Assembly (NCBI RefSeq): GCF_006345805.1
Contig: NC_042999.1
Location: 160,084,001 to 160,148,000 of the forward strand
Direction of reading: 5' to 3'
From: Octopus sinensis
Lineage: Eukaryota
Length of the DNA stretch: 64,000 nt
Part shown: positions 40,870-53,587 of the stretch, piece by piece
Layout of the letters: each line of letters begins with the position of its first letter
Position numbering within the stretch: the first letter of the stretch is position 1
The notes under the pieces: model-generated
Database searches by the model: none
Told to the model about the DNA's origin: nothing
The model's input: only the letters and a program-made list of their open reading frames with translations
Translations under genes and position numbers: made by a program

Positions 40870-41041
40870 ATGGGATTATTGACTGATCCACGGCAGAGAC
40901 GACGGTTTGTTCGTATAATTTCACACTACAATAACCGTCTCTGTGCCTTGTTTTATATCTCTGGACTAATCTGGTTTTTCGGATTAGCTTACATCCATCT
41001 TAATGCAGGAACATACTTTTCTGAAAATGCTTTATTACCTG
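40870..41041 (+). CDS. GPAA1: GPI transamidase component GPAA1, coding exon 1
   Basis: Acceptor ttctttcag ends 40863, ATG at 40870. Encodes MGLLTDPRQRRRFVRIISHYNNRLCALFYISGLIWFFGLAYIHLNAGTYFSENALLP, which matches the recalled GPAA1 N-terminus (MGLLSDP..., TYxSENA). Donor G|gtaag, phase 1. Confidence 0.95.
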
Positions 41042-41189
41042 GTAAGCTTTCCAATTGCTGATCATCATCATCATCGTTATCATTTTCGTTCAGTGTCTAT
41101 TTGTGTCTGTGTTTTTCCCACCACTTGACAACTGGTGCTGGTGTGTTTATAACTTAGTGGTTTGGCAAAAGTGACTGATAGGATATATA

Positions 41190-41417
41190 TATTTCTTTAC
41201 TACCCACAAGGGGCTAAACACAGAGGGGACAAACAAGGACAGACAAAGGGATTAAGTCGATTACATCGACCCCAGTGCGTAACTGGTACTTAATTTATCG
41301 ACCCCGAAAGGATGAAAGGCAAAGTCGACCTCGGCGGAATTTGAACTCGGAACGTAATGACAGATGAAATACGGCTACGAATTTCGCCCAGCGTGCTAAC
41401 GTTTCTGCCAGCTCGCC
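41190..41417 (-). mobile_element. SINE family B nested in a family A-like SINE (GPAA1 intron 1)
   Basis: Family B sequence splits an A-like 3' half that spans about 41090-41550. Confidence 0.82.
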
Positions 41418-41615
41418 ATACCAGGCTTAAAAGAAAATAAGTACTGGGGGGGGGGGGGGGAATCAATGCATTCAACTAAAAATTCCTCAAGGCGGTGCCC
41501 CAGCATGGCTGCAGTCTAATGACTGAAACAAGTAAAAGATAAAAGATAAAACATTTCAAATATTATACTTGAAATAGATTGTAATTATAATTTGCATTTT
41601 TCTATTCTTTTACAG

Positions 41616-41700
41616 GTTTAGTAGAAGGCAACTTTTATTCTGATGCTGATGTCAAGTTTTACAAGAATGAAATAAAAAAAGCTATGGACAAAGACAAAAG
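41616..41700 (+). CDS. GPAA1: GPAA1 coding exon 2
   Basis: tttacag| (G)LVEGNFYSDADVKFYKNEIKKAMDKDK(S) |gtgggt; 85 nt, phase 1 to 2, in frame with both neighbours. Confidence 0.88.
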
Positions 41701-41837
41701 GTGGGTTTAAAAATGCCTTTTTTTTAATAATATACTTACAATATTCTGGTTATCATACCTGCTGAATAAAAGTGATAATTCTTAGAAAATAGCACACCAC
41801 ATGATGTTTCTTTTAAAGTTGTAGTGTTGTTTAGATT

Positions 41838-42250
41838 ACTCTTTACTCTTTTACTTGTTTCAGTCATTTTGACTGCAGCCATGCTGGAGCACCGCCTTTA
41901 GTCGAGCAAATCAACCCCGGGACTTATTCTTTGTAAGCCCAGTACTTATTGTATCGGTCTCTTTTGCCGAACCGCTAAGTGACGGGAAAGTAAACATACC
42001 AGCATCGGTTGTCAAGCAATGCTAGGGGGACAAACACAGACACACAAACATATACACACACATACATACATATATATACATATATACGACAGGCTTCTTT
42101 CAGTTTCTGTCTACCAAATCCACTCACAAGGCTTTGGTCAGCCCGAGGCTATAGCAGAAGACACTTGCCCAAGATGCCACACAGTGGGACTGAACCCGGA
42201 ACCATGTGGTTGGTAAGCAAGCTACTTACCACACAGCCACTCCTACGCCT
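41838..42250 (-). mobile_element. SINE family A
   Basis: Full-length family A layout. Confidence 0.87.
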
Positions 42251-42274
42251 ATAGATTGAAGAGGATTACACTAT

Positions 42275-42835
42275 ATCATCATCATCATCATCATCATCGT
42301 TTAACGTCCGCTTTCCATGCTAGCATGGGTTGGACGGTGCAACTGGGGTCTGGGAAGCCAGAAGGCTGCACCAAGCCCAGTCTGATCTGGCAATGTTTCT
42401 ACGGCTGGATGCCCTTCCTAACACCAACCACTCCGTGAGTGTAGTGGGTGCTTTTTACGTGCCACCGGTACAGGTGCCAGACGGAGCTGGCAAACGGCCA
42501 CGATAGGATGATGCTTTTTACATGCCACCGGCACGGAGGCGAGGCGAGGCTGGCAACGGCCACGATCGGATGGTGCTTTTTACGTGCCACCGGCACGGAA
42601 GCCAGTCGGGGCGGAACTGGCAACGGTCACGTTCGGATGGTTCTCTTATGTGCCACCGGCACTGGTATCACAGCTGCTATTTCCATTGATGTTGATCGAT
42701 TTTGATTTTGATTTTCACTTGCCTCAACAGGTCTTCACAAGTAGAGTTTTGTGTCCCAAGAAGAAAAGGTATGCATAAGTGGACTGAGGCCATGGGTTAT
42801 GGACTCACTTGTCCTGCCGGGTCTTCTCACATCTT
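42275..42835 (-). mobile_element. Family C RTE-type 3' end with tandem repeats and further unique upstream sequence
   Basis: (CAT)n tail, family C core and three repeat units. Confidence 0.8.
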
Positions 42836-42854
42836 CAATGAATATGATACTGAA

Positions 42855-43175
42855 GGTGTGTGGCTTAGTGGTTAGGGTATTTGGCTCTCAATCATAAGGT
42901 TTTGAGTTCGACTCCGAACAACGTGTTGTCCTTGAGCAAGACACTTTATTTCACGTTGCTCCTGTCCACTCAGCTGGCGAAAATGAGTAGTACCTGTATC
43001 TTAAAAGGGCCCACCTTGTTACACTCTGTGTCATGCTGAATCTTCCTGGGAGCTTCGTTAAGGGTACATGTGTCTGTGGAGTGGTCAGCCACTTACTTGT
43101 TAATTTCATGAGTAAGCTGTTCCATTGATCAGATTAACTGGAACCCTCATCATCCTAACTGATGGAGTGCCAGTT
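42855..43175 (+). mobile_element. tRNA-derived SINE family D
   Basis: A-box TGGCTTAGTGG, B-box GAGTTCGACTCC, CCTTGAGCAAGACACTT core; related copy at about 58405-58745. Confidence 0.7.
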
Positions 43176-43345
43176 ACTGCTAGGTGCAGGCGTGGCTATA
43201 TGGTAAGAAGTTTGTCTCCCAATCTCAAGGTCTTGGATTCAGTGTCTCCTACTATAGCTTTGAGCCAATGAAACCCTTGTGAGTGGATTTGGTAAATGGA
43301 AACTGAAAGGAGCCCATCACATATATATATATATATGTGTGTGTG

Positions 43346-43389
<44 letters not shown>

Positions 43390-43393
<4 letters not shown>

Positions 43394-43795
43394 CCAGCCT
43401 CGCCTGGCCCCGTGTTGGTGACACGTAAAAGCACCATCCGTTTCGTGGCCGTTTGCCAGCTCTGTCTGGCCCCCGTGTTGGTGGCACGTAAAAGCACCAT
43501 CCGTTCGTGTCCGTTGCCAGCCTTGCCTGGCCCCCGTGCCGGTGACACATAAAAACACCATCCGTTCATGGCCGTTTGCCAGCTCTGTCTGGCATCTGTG
43601 CGAGTGGCACGTAAAAAGCACCCACTACACTCACGGAGTGGTTGGCGTTAGGAAGGGGCATCCAGCCGTAGAAACACTGCCAGATCTGACTGGGCCTGAT
43701 GAAGCCTTCCAGCTTCACAGACCCCAGTTGAACCGTCCAACACATGCTAGCATGGAGAACGGACGCTAAATGATGATGATGATGATGATGATGAT
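43390..43795 (+). mobile_element. Family C RTE-type 3' end with tandem repeats
   Basis: About four ggcacgtaaaagcaccatccg-type units and a (GAT)n tail. Confidence 0.8.
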
Positions 43796-44867
43796 ATATA
43801 TATATGTGTGTGTGTGTGTGTGTATATATTATTGAACACACATATACAGTGTACAGGCTCTGCTTGTTTGCTGGTAGGCTGTAATTCGACACAGTGGAGA
43901 TGACTGTCAAAGTGCCGGATGTTAAATCATCTGAAATCATAGACAGACAAAACAACTCACCCCAAGTCCCGTTTAGGAGCAATGGGCATCGATGTTTTGC
44001 CATTTTTGTGGCTTATCAACATCATGTACCTGAACCGAACTGGAGATGAAGTGAATCGCCTGTCCATGTCCATATCTACAATGGTGTAAAAACCATCTGC
44101 TGGTATGCCCAGATGATGCCTACATAGTAATAAACCTAAATATGATTCAGAAGCAGTGCTAGTGTTGTTCAGTAAAATTGTATTATATACATATTAGAGG
44201 GAAACCACTATGTGGAACATGGTTTACGGAATATGGTAATAGTGAAACATGTATGCGAATAATCCATATTTTTATTGCTTTTTCTTTTGTCTTGCTCAAT
44301 TACGTTTTGGTTGTTTTGCTAAATTTTTGTTGAGAACATTTCTTAGTAGTAAGATCATAGCGGATCTATATCTAGCATAAGAGTGTCTCTAATATATATA
44401 TATAATATACATAATGTATATTATTTGTATGTGTGTTACTGTCTGGTTATTGGAAATATTACTTTATTTGGAAATAGGTGAGGGTTGGCAACAAGAAGGG
44501 TGTAACAGAAACAGCTACGTATCAAGACATTAGTATATGTATGCAAGAGAAACTGTTCCACTTGCTTTAATATAAGATTCAAATTGAGGATGAACACTAA
44601 GCTTTAAAAAAGCTGTTTATGAGGAGGTGGGAAGTACTTGAAAAAATGTATGAATGATATTAGTTAAGTTAATGTATTCAATGCTTGGAGAATCAAGAAA
44701 CTCATTTGTTGAAGAGAAAATTGTAATAGAATAGAAGACTAATAGAAATCTCATGAGAGACAACTCTGGATGTGTTTTGGACTATATTGACTCCTTCACT
44801 GAACCATTATTTACTATAGTTGTTCAAGTAGTGATAAAAAAATCTACCAAGTATCTATAGAAGTTTG

Positions 44868-45272
44868 GGATCTTTTCGGTTTGAATGGCAGTTTTTAACA
44901 TAATTTCTAGGTAATTAAAAGATTTTAAACTTCGTATACTGGTAGAATGTGTTTATAAAACATCTTTTTCTCTTGGCTTTATTGAGAAAATTCTATAGTT
45001 TGTAAGATATTAGTTGTTTTTTTTTCTTCAATTTCTGCAATTTTAACCAATCAATTGCGTCTATTGAGGTAAAAAACATTCTGTGCCATATGAATAAGTC
45101 CCTTGTTTAAGAAACAGATTGGGTTTATTTATATTTGTGAAGAAAAAAAAATACCCTAACCCTAACCCTAAAACAGATTGAAATGCAATAGATCGATACT
45201 AGGGTCATAATTATGGGTGACAATTTCATATGACACCGCTAGAAAAAACTGCCGTTCAAACCGAAAAGATCC
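44868..45272. mobile_element. MITE family M1
   Basis: TIRs; 8-bp TSD gaagtttg/gaagattg. Confidence 0.88.
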
Positions 45273-46298
45273 GAAGATTGTACATGGTGGACATAGGAAA
45301 ATAGAATTTCACTCATCATTTTAAATCTGAATTTTGAATGTATTGAAGATGCAGATATGACTTTGTAGTTAAGAAATTTGCTTCTCAATCACATTGTTTC
45401 AGGTTCAGTCCTACTGCATGACACCTTAGGCAAGTGTCTTCTACTATAGCTCTGTGCCAATCAAAGTCTTAGAATGAATTTGATATAAGAAATCAAAAAA
45501 GCCTCTGTGTGTGTGTGTGTGTATTTACATTTGCACTCCATAGAAGACATTACTTAAGGTGTTACACCGTGGGACTGAACCTAGAATTATGTATTTGGGG
45601 AAGCAAACTTCTTACAACACAACCCCACCTGCGCTTCTTTGCCCTACCTGGGCCTATTGATTCATGTTCTAAATTAATATATACCTAAACATGTTGCAAT
45701 ACTTTAGAATTGGGGTAAAGTGAATCCTAAGGTTTTGTTGTTTAGCTCCAGGTTGGCATTTGATAAACAGATCCTTGTTCAAAAGTATTCCATCCATGAG
45801 TATCCCATTACTTTTGTATTTCTTTCCTTTTAACCCTTTAGTGTTTGCATTATTCTGCCAAAGTTTATCCTTTTTTATCAACATTACCTTGAACTAATCA
45901 GGCATTATCTTGGAGCTATGAGATTTTGATGAGGTAGCTGATAATTTTTAAAACAATATTGTAGGGTTGGTGTGAGAGACTAGATCTGGCCAGTTTGAAC
46001 ATAAAACAGGCAGAATACTTTTGGCCAGATATGGCCGGTTTAAATGCTAAAGGGTTAAAGATGGTAGGATGTAATTCAAGGGTGATTTGGCAGCTATTTT
46101 TTGCAGATTGAAAGACCATGTAAAAACTTCATGGAAATGGGATTTGAAAACAAGAACTTTCTTGATACATTTTGCTTAATTTAGCATGTTCCTTTTCTCA
46201 TAACTAAAAAAAAAATTATCAGATGGTTAAGGCTCTCAGTAATGTACCATTCTTTTCTTCACTCACCATCTTACTCTTTTTTTAAAAATATTTTTTAG

Positions 46299-46404
46299 TC
46301 TGCTGTTACGTGACTGGCTATTTTCAAAGTTTGAAGAACTTGGCTTAGAAGTTTATTTCCAGAATTATTCTGTTCAGTATCCTTTACAGTTGCTTGGTGA
46401 CCAG
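46299..46404 (+). CDS. GPAA1: GPAA1 coding exon 3
   Basis: ttttttag| LLLRDWLFSKFEELGLEVYFQNYSVQYPLQLLGDQ |gtaatt; contains the W..LGLEVYxQ motif; 106 nt, phase 2 to 0. Confidence 0.93.
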
Positions 46405-46454
46405 GTAATTATAAGATTTATATTTATTTATTGACTTTTTCACTATTTATTTCC

Positions 46455-46703
46455 TTGGCTGGCTTCTGTACCGGTGGCACGTTAAAAGCTTCAACCGATC
46501 ATGGCCGATGCCGGACCCCCCCTGGCACCTGTGCAGGTGGCACGTAAAAAGCACCCACTACACTCACGGAGTGGTTGGCGTTAGGAAGGGTATCCAGCTG
46601 TAGAAACTCTGCCAGATCAGACTGGAGCCTGGTGCAGCCCCTGGCTTCCCAGACCCCGGTCGAACCGTCCAACCCGTGCTAGCGCGGAAAACGGACGTTA
46701 AAC

Positions 46704-46737
<34 letters not shown>
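46455..46737 (+). mobile_element. Family C RTE-type 3' end, about 50 nt downstream of exon 3
   Basis: CpG-intact core and a long (GAT)n tail. Confidence 0.82.
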
Positions 46738-47231
46738 TTTATGTTGTCTGAAATGAATTCATTCAAGTCTTACTACACAGTTGAGTTGTAAATCTTATAT
46801 TGTAAAAGAGAAGATGATCTCCAACTGACTGTCTGTAGTAACATCTGTGTAGTGAGAAGGAAGAGGAGGAGAAAAAGTTGTTATTGAACAAAAAATACAG
46901 TGAGAGAGAGCAAGAGAGAGAGAATGTGTGAAAGAGAGACAGAATGCTTGGAACGAAGTGGATTGTACTAAAATATACTTAATGGCTAGGTGGTAGTATT
47001 TAACTAAGCAACAGATGGAGTTTGTAACCCAAGAACAGGAATGGCTTCATTGAAAGGCTTCCATACAGTTTCCTTCTACCAAAAAGTATCTTGGTAATGA
47101 AGTAGAGAGTACATCAATCTCATAATTAAAACTTACTGAATAAACTGAAAATAGCTCGTTACTTATGTATAATAATGAGTTTTGTGCAAATATCCTTCTT
47201 ATATTTTCTATATAAATGTGTTTAATTTCAG

Positions 47232-47400
47232 AAAGTCCCTGGTCAAAATGTTTATGCTATTTTAAGGGCTCCTCGTGCTTCAAGTACAGAAGCAGTGGTT
47301 CTTTCTGTCCCTATACGATCTAAGAATATGATCTCTAAAACACTGACTGATACCAGTGGGGGAATCGCTCTCATGCTCGCTTTAACCAAGTTCTTCAAAA
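47232..47400 (+). CDS. GPAA1: GPAA1 coding exon 4
   Basis: atttcag| KVPGQNVYAILRAPRASSTEAVVLSVP...GGIALMLALTKFFK |gtaagt; contains the NVYxILRAPRAxSTE motif; 169 nt, phase 0 to 1. Confidence 0.96.
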
Positions 47401-47520
47401 GTAAGTTAACCTTTGAGTAAATCAGTTGATATCAAAATATGTATATTTGCTAATAAACTTATTGTTCAAGTTTTGAATTTGCTATTTCCACTTGCATAAC
47501 TTGCAAATGGAACACTCTGT

Positions 47521-47826
47521 GGAGGCACATGGCCTAGTGGTTAGAGCAGCGGACTCATGGTCGAGGGATCGTGAGTTCGAATCTCAGATCGGGTGATGTG
47601 TGTGTTTATGAGCGAAAACACCTAAGCTCCACGCGGCTCTGGCATAAGGTAATGGCGAACTTCTGCTGACTCTTTCGCCACAACTTTCTCTCACTCTTTC
47701 CTCCTGCATCTTGCAGCTTACCTGCGACGGACCGGCGTCCCGTCCAGGTGGGGAACCTATATGCCAAGAAACTAAGAAACTAGCCCTTATGAGCCAGGCA
47801 TGGCTCAAGAAGGAACAAACAAAAAA
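47521..47826 (+). mobile_element. Full-length tRNA-derived SINE with Meta/V-SINE-like domain
   Basis: A-box TGGCCTAGTGG, B-box GAGTTCGAATCT, CTGCGACGGACCGGCGTCCCGTCCAGG domain, A-rich tail, 16-bp TSD AAATGGAACACTCTGT. Confidence 0.85.
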
Positions 47827-47984
47827 AAATGGAACACTCTGTAATTAGAAGTGAATGTCAGTGTTTATGAGATTAATCAGTAATTTATTCATCTTCAAAG
47901 GATCTCTTATTACCAAATGTCTGTTCTCTGAAGAAAACACTTTTTCTCTCATAAACACTACAGCTCCACCGCCTCCTCATCATT

Positions 47985-48345
47985 TAGTGTCCATTTTCCA
48001 TGCTAGCATGGGTTAGATGGTCTGACGGGAACTGGTAAGCTGGAGAGCTTCTACCTGGCTCCAGTCTGGTTTGGCTTGGTTGCTATGGCTGGATGCCCTT
48101 CATAACACCAACTACTCCACAGAGTGTACTGGGTGCCTTTTACATAATCACCAACACAAGTGTCTTTTATGTGTCACCAGCACTGGCCACAACTAATGAT
48201 TTCATTTAGCTTGACGTGTCTTCTCATGCTGAACAAATTATCAAGTCTCAGTCACTTGTCATCACCTCCATGAGACTCAACATCTGAAGATCATATTTCA
48301 CTACCTTATCCCTCATCTTCCTGGGTCTACCTCTTCCACAGGTTC
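47985..48345 (-). mobile_element. Diverged RTE LINE 3' end (family C-like)
   Basis: The minus strand encodes a GRGRPRK-type RTE C-terminal remnant adjoining the family C 3' UTR. Confidence 0.7.
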
Positions 48346-48423
48346 CAAAAATGGTCGAATGGATATTAGGGTTCCAGCTCATACGATTTGAGTTTTAGTG
48401 CATTGCAAGTATTTTATTATGGA

Positions 48424-49411
48424 CTAGGAGTATCGCCCGGCATTGCTCGGGTTTGTAAGGGAAATAACTATATAAGCATTTTTAGAGAGTTATAGCCAAA
48501 AAATAGCAAAAACATGCATTAAAAATGGAAAAAAAATTATGGTAAATTTTTTTAAAAATCGTTGACTCATCGTAGACATTTTTAGAGAGTTACTTCCCTT
48601 ATATAATAGTGAAAAAAATGCATTAAAATGGAAAAAATGATGGTAAATTTTTTTAAAATCATTGACTCATCCTAGACATTTTTAGAGAGTTACTTCCCTT
48701 ATATAATAGCGAAAAAATGCATTAAAATGGAAAAAAATGATGGTAAATTTTTTTAAAAATCGTTGACTCATCGTAGACATTTTTAGAGAGTTACTTCCCT
48801 TATATAATAGCGAAAAAATGCATTAAAATGGAAAAAATGATGGTAAATTTTTTTTTAAATCGTAGACTCATCGTAGACGCGCGCTAATACCCAGAAGGGC
48901 TCGATATGAATCATGACTATAAGATACCCGGTTTTGGTTAAACTGCACCACAAAATGTGGGAGTAGTTAGGAATCTAAATCGTAGGAGACAGAAACACAA
49001 CTTCACTTTTATATATAAAGACTAGCAGTATCGCCCGGCGTTGCTCGGGTTTGTAAGGGAAATAACTATAGAAGCATTTTTAGAGAGTTATAGCAAAAAA
49101 AATGCATTCAAAATGGAAAAAATATGATGGTAAATTTTTTTTTAAATTGTTGACTCATCGTAGACATTTTTAGAGAGTTACTTCCCTTATATAATAGTGA
49201 AAAAATGCATTAAAATGGAAAAAATGATGGTAAATTTTTTTAAAAATCGTTGACTCATTGTAGACGCATGCTAATACCCAGAAGGGCTCGATATGAATCA
49301 CGACTATAAGATACCCAGTTTTGGTTAAACTGCACCGCAAAATGTGGGAGTAGTTAGGAATCTAAATCGTAGGAGACAGACAGCACACAACCTCACTTTT
49401 ATATATAAAGA
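48424..49411 (-). mobile_element. Head-to-tail Helitron H1 dimer
   Basis: Copies 49022-49411 and 48424-49021 abut as CTAG|TC, with internal tandem units of about 99 bp. Confidence 0.88.
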
Positions 49412-49919
49412 TATGGACTGTACACTTAAACTGTCTGTGCTTCAGTTTACCAAAGTGTAGAATGATTGTCTAAGATAGACTTACATCTCTGATAGGGGAA
49501 GATTTATCTCTTGTTAATCTGTACCACAAGATTCAAAATACTTGCCAATACAATCCCTCTTGGATTATATTCTCTTTGAAGTATTAATTTTCTCAAAGAT
49601 TTAATCTCTTGCTTAGACTAACAACAGTACTGGCTTTTTAGTGGAATTTACTTTAGTGCAAGTATTCAGACTAGGTTTCCCTTTTTACTTCCAGTGATGT
49701 CGGAGGTCACTGGCTCTGACAGATGTTTTCTTTCCTGACTAACCCATAAAAGAAAAAAACAAAAAGCAAAACAAAATAAAAATTGTTTTTAAATCTTTTA
49801 ATTACTTTTTACTTATATACTTGTTTCGGTTATTTGACTGCAGTCATGATGGGTCACTGCCTCGAAAGATTTAAGTCATTTGTATCAACATCTGTACCTA
49901 ATTTTTAGTTTAGTACTTT

Positions 49920-50165
49920 TTACATGCCGCGTAAAAAGCAGCTGTGTTGGCACCATGAAATCGCCCATGCTGGCACCACATAAAAGCACCTGTGTTGAGG
50001 CCACATAAAAAGCACCCAGCACACCCTGCAAAGTGGATGGTGTTAGGAAGGGCATCCAGCTGTAGAGATGAAGCTGAAACAGACTGAAACCTGGTGCAGC
50101 TCTCCTGCTTATTTTCCATGCAAACATGGGAAATGAACATTAAACAATGATGATGATGATGATGA
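49920..50165 (+). mobile_element. Diverged family C 3' end
   Basis: aggaagggcatccagctgtag core and (GAT)n tail. Confidence 0.7.
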
Positions 50166-50231
50166 TTTATATTTATCACACAGCTAAATTACTGAACATA
50201 AATACAGATACATACAAACATACAAGTACAT

Positions 50232-50403
50232 AGACGCAGGAGTGGCTGTGTGGCAAGTAGCTTGCTAACCAACCACATGGTTCCGGGTTCAGTCCCACTG
50301 CGTGGCATCTTGGGCAAGTGTCTTCTGCTATAGCCCCGGGCCGACCAATGCCTTGTGAGTGGATTTGGTAGACGGAAACTGAAAGAAGCCCGTCGTATAT
50401 ATG

Positions 50404-50464
<61 letters not shown>

Positions 50465-50682
50465 ATGCGTGTGTGTGTTTGTCCCCCTAGCATTGCTTGA
50501 CAACCGATGCTGGTGTGTGTTTACGTCCCCGTCACTTAGCGGTTCGGCAAAAGAGACCGATAGAATAAGTACTGGGCTTACAAAATAATAAGTCCCGGGG
50601 TCGATTTGCTCGACTAAAGGCGGTGCTCCAGCATGGCCGCAGTCAAATGACTGAAACAAGTAAAAGAGTAAAAGAGTAAGAG
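50232..50682 (+). mobile_element. SINE family A
   Basis: Full length, CpG-intact. Confidence 0.88.
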
Positions 50683-50982
50683 TAGACACATGTACTGTTT
50701 CCATCTACCACTTTCACTCACAAGACATTGGGGCAGGTAGAGGCTATATTAGGAAACATTTCTCCAAAGTGCAGTATAGTGGAACTGAACTCAGGACCAC
50801 ATGATTGCAAGTGATCGTAACACACAGCCGAGCTTAAGCTTAATTAAAAACATTTTTTAACATAACTTTTTTTTCTCCCCCTCTTGATTTGTAAAATGAT
50901 TTTTGTTCAAAAGGCGGTACTCCAGCATGGCCACAGTCATTGGACTGAAGCATATAAGAGAATAAGTTCAACGAAGCATATA

Positions 50983-51150
50983 TATATTTCTTTACTACCC
51001 ACAAGGGGCTAAACACAGAGAGGACAAACAAGGACAGACAAACGGATTAAGTCGACTATATCGACCCAGTACGTAACTGGTACTTTATTTATTGACCCTG
51101 AAAGGATGAAAGACAAAGTCGACCGGCGGAATTTGAACTCGGAACGTAAT
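50983..51150 (-). mobile_element. SINE family B, 5'-truncated
   Basis: Family B core and tail. Confidence 0.8.
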
Positions 51151-51415
51151 TGAACTGATAGGAATGGTAGGCGTTTAGTTTGGTTCTGTAGCATTTATGT
51201 CCACAATTCTTTCCTGGCATCATACACTTATTACTTAACTTCATTATAATAATGATTGTTGTCATGAATTGTTGTTACAACAAACTCAATGACACTTTGT
51301 CATCAAATCTGTTTATACCATACATTTCAGTATATATTTATTTATTTATTTATTTATTTATTTTATATTGAACACCTGTTGATGAGTTCTTAAGATTGAT
51401 CTTTAACTGTTTCAG

Positions 51416-51520
51416 AACACACCTTTTGGGCCAAGGATATCATTTTCTTGCTGACGCAGCATGAACACATAGGCATTGAAGCATGGCTTGATGGTTATCA
51501 CCAAGTACAGTCTTCAAAAT
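51416..51520 (+). CDS. GPAA1: GPAA1 coding exon 5
   Basis: gtttcag| [34 protein letters not shown] |gtaagt; contains the WAKDIxFL and EAWLxxYH motifs; 105 nt, phase 1 to 1. Confidence 0.96.
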
Positions 51521-51697
51521 GTAAGTGCACAACTTGTATTTGATTATAAATTTGTTCTATATTCAAGATTATGTGGAGTGAATGAAACCAGTGTTCATTA
51601 TTATTAAGTGAATGATAATGATATGTTGTTCCTTTTGATGGAATACATTTTCATTGAAATGAAAGATTCAGTAAATATAATCAGTAAATATAATCAT

Positions 51698-52099
51698 AGG
51701 CGCAGGAGTGGTTGTGTGATAAGTAGCTTGCTAACCAACCTCATGGTTCCGGGTTCAGTCCCACTGCGTGGCACCTTGGGCAAGTGTCTTCTGCTATAGC
51801 CTCAGGCTGACCAAAGCCTTGTGAATGGTTATGGTAGACGGAAACTGAAAGAAGCCTGTCGTATATATGTATATATATATATGTGTGTATGTGTGTTTGT
51901 GTTTGTACCCCTAGCATTGCTTGACAACCAATACTGGTGTGTTTACGTCCCCATCACTTAGCGGTTCGGCAAAAGAGACTGATAGAATAAGTACTGGGCT
52001 TACAAAGAATAAGTCCCGGGGTCGATTTGCTCGACTAAAAGGTGGTGCTCCAGCATGGCCGCAGTCAAATGACTGAAACAAGTAAAAGAGTAAAAGAGT
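51698..52099 (+). mobile_element. SINE family A
   Basis: Full length; convergent with the next copy. Confidence 0.88.
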
Positions 52100-52135
52100 C
52101 CATTTAGCTGATAATGATAACAAGTCCTAGACTTA

Positions 52136-52518
52136 TACTCTTTTACTCGTTTCAGTCATTTGACTGCGGCCATGCTGGAGCACCGCCTTTAATCGAGCAA
52201 CTCGACCCCGGGACTTATTCTTTGTAAGCCCAGTACTTATTCTATCGGTCTCTTTTTGCCAAACCGCTAGGTGACGGGGACATAAACACACCAGCATCGG
52301 TTGTCAAGCAATGCTAGGGGGACAAACACAGATACACAAACATATACATATATACGACGGGCTTCTTTCAGTTTCCGTCTACCAAATCCATTCACAAGGC
52401 TTTGGTTGGCCCGAGGCTATAGTAGGAGACACTTGCCCAAGGTGCCACGCAGTGGGACTGAACCCGGAGCCATGTGGTTGGTAAACAAGCTACTTACCAC
52501 ACAGCCACTCCTGCGCCT
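52136..52518 (-). mobile_element. SINE family A
   Basis: Full length; inverted relative to the 51698 copy. Confidence 0.88.
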
Positions 52519-52559
52519 AATGGGTCAAGTCCATTACTATTTTACTTGTTTATTTGTGA

Positions 52560-53098
52560 CTAGCTGAGGTATCACTTATAAGGCAATTGCATCAGCCCCA
52601 GTTCTTACTTCTAAGTTTGGTATTTATTTTCATCATCTCTATCGAACTGCTTAGTTTCAGGACATAAATAATACAAGTACAGCCTCTCACACACACATGT
52701 ATGACAGGTTTCTGACTGTTTCTACCTGCAAAATTTAAAATAATAATGAAATTATTGTATACAGTGCTCAGGTGCACCACAACTTGTCAGAGTACATGCA
52801 GTAATGTACAAATGTCTGGAAAGCGAACAGTGCATGAGTCAGATACATGCTTGTGTGTTTATGGAGGGGAGAAAATCAGGTGTAGTGTTGGCGAATCTCA
52901 GAAAGCATGGAAGTTTTGAAGGATGCAGTGCTCCGACAACTAACAACTGATGCCGGCAGTTTGTTCCATGCTTCAGCAACTCAGCATGAAAATATGTTTC
53001 CTGAAGTCATGGGAGCTGTGCTGTTTTCTGACTTTGTAAATATGTCCACGGGTGTTAGATGGGTGGAGTTTGAAAAGGTGCTCAGAGTTTGGCATTGA
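52560..53098 (-). mobile_element. CR1-clade LINE 3' end
   Basis: Minus-strand remnant VAEAWNKLPASVVSCRSTASFKTSM plus 3' UTR. Confidence 0.72.
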
Positions 53099-53192
53099 TC
53101 AACCCAAGGCTGTAATAGAAGACACTTGCCCAAGATGTTGCATAGGGGAAACTATGTAATTATTAAGCAAATTCTTAATCAAATGTTTGCCT

Positions 53193-53587
53193 CTATTCTT
53201 TTATTCTTTTACATGTTTCAGTCATTTGACTGCGGCCATGCTGGAGCACCACCTTTAGTCAAGCAACTCGACCCCGGGACTTATTCTTTTGTAAGCCCAG
53301 TACTTATTCTATCGGTCTCTTTTGCCGAACCGCTAAGTGACGGGGACATAAACACCCCAGCATCAGTTGTCAAGCAATGCTAGGGAGACAAACACACACA
53401 CGCATATACATATATACATATATACGACAAGCTTCTTTCAGTTTCTGTCTACCAAATCCACTCACAAGGCTTTGGTCGGCCCCAGGCTATAGTAGAAGAC
53501 ACTTGCCCAAGATGCCACGCAGTGGACTGAACCCGGAACCATGTGGTTGGTAAACAAGCTACTTACCACACAGCCACTCCTGCGCCT
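53193..53587 (-). mobile_element. SINE family A
   Basis: Full length. Confidence 0.87.

Noticed and set aside
43845-44135. Coding-looking unique stretch in GPAA1 intron 2
   Set aside because: The frames I translated gave only short, unrecognised peptides; it is not needed for the GPAA1 frame and is probably a TE remnant.
48560-48880. CRISPR-like repeat arrays (Helitron units of about 99 bp, family C units, ACAACCAG array)
   Set aside because: Eukaryotic context, no unique spacers and no cas genes; transposon-internal tandem repeats explain them.
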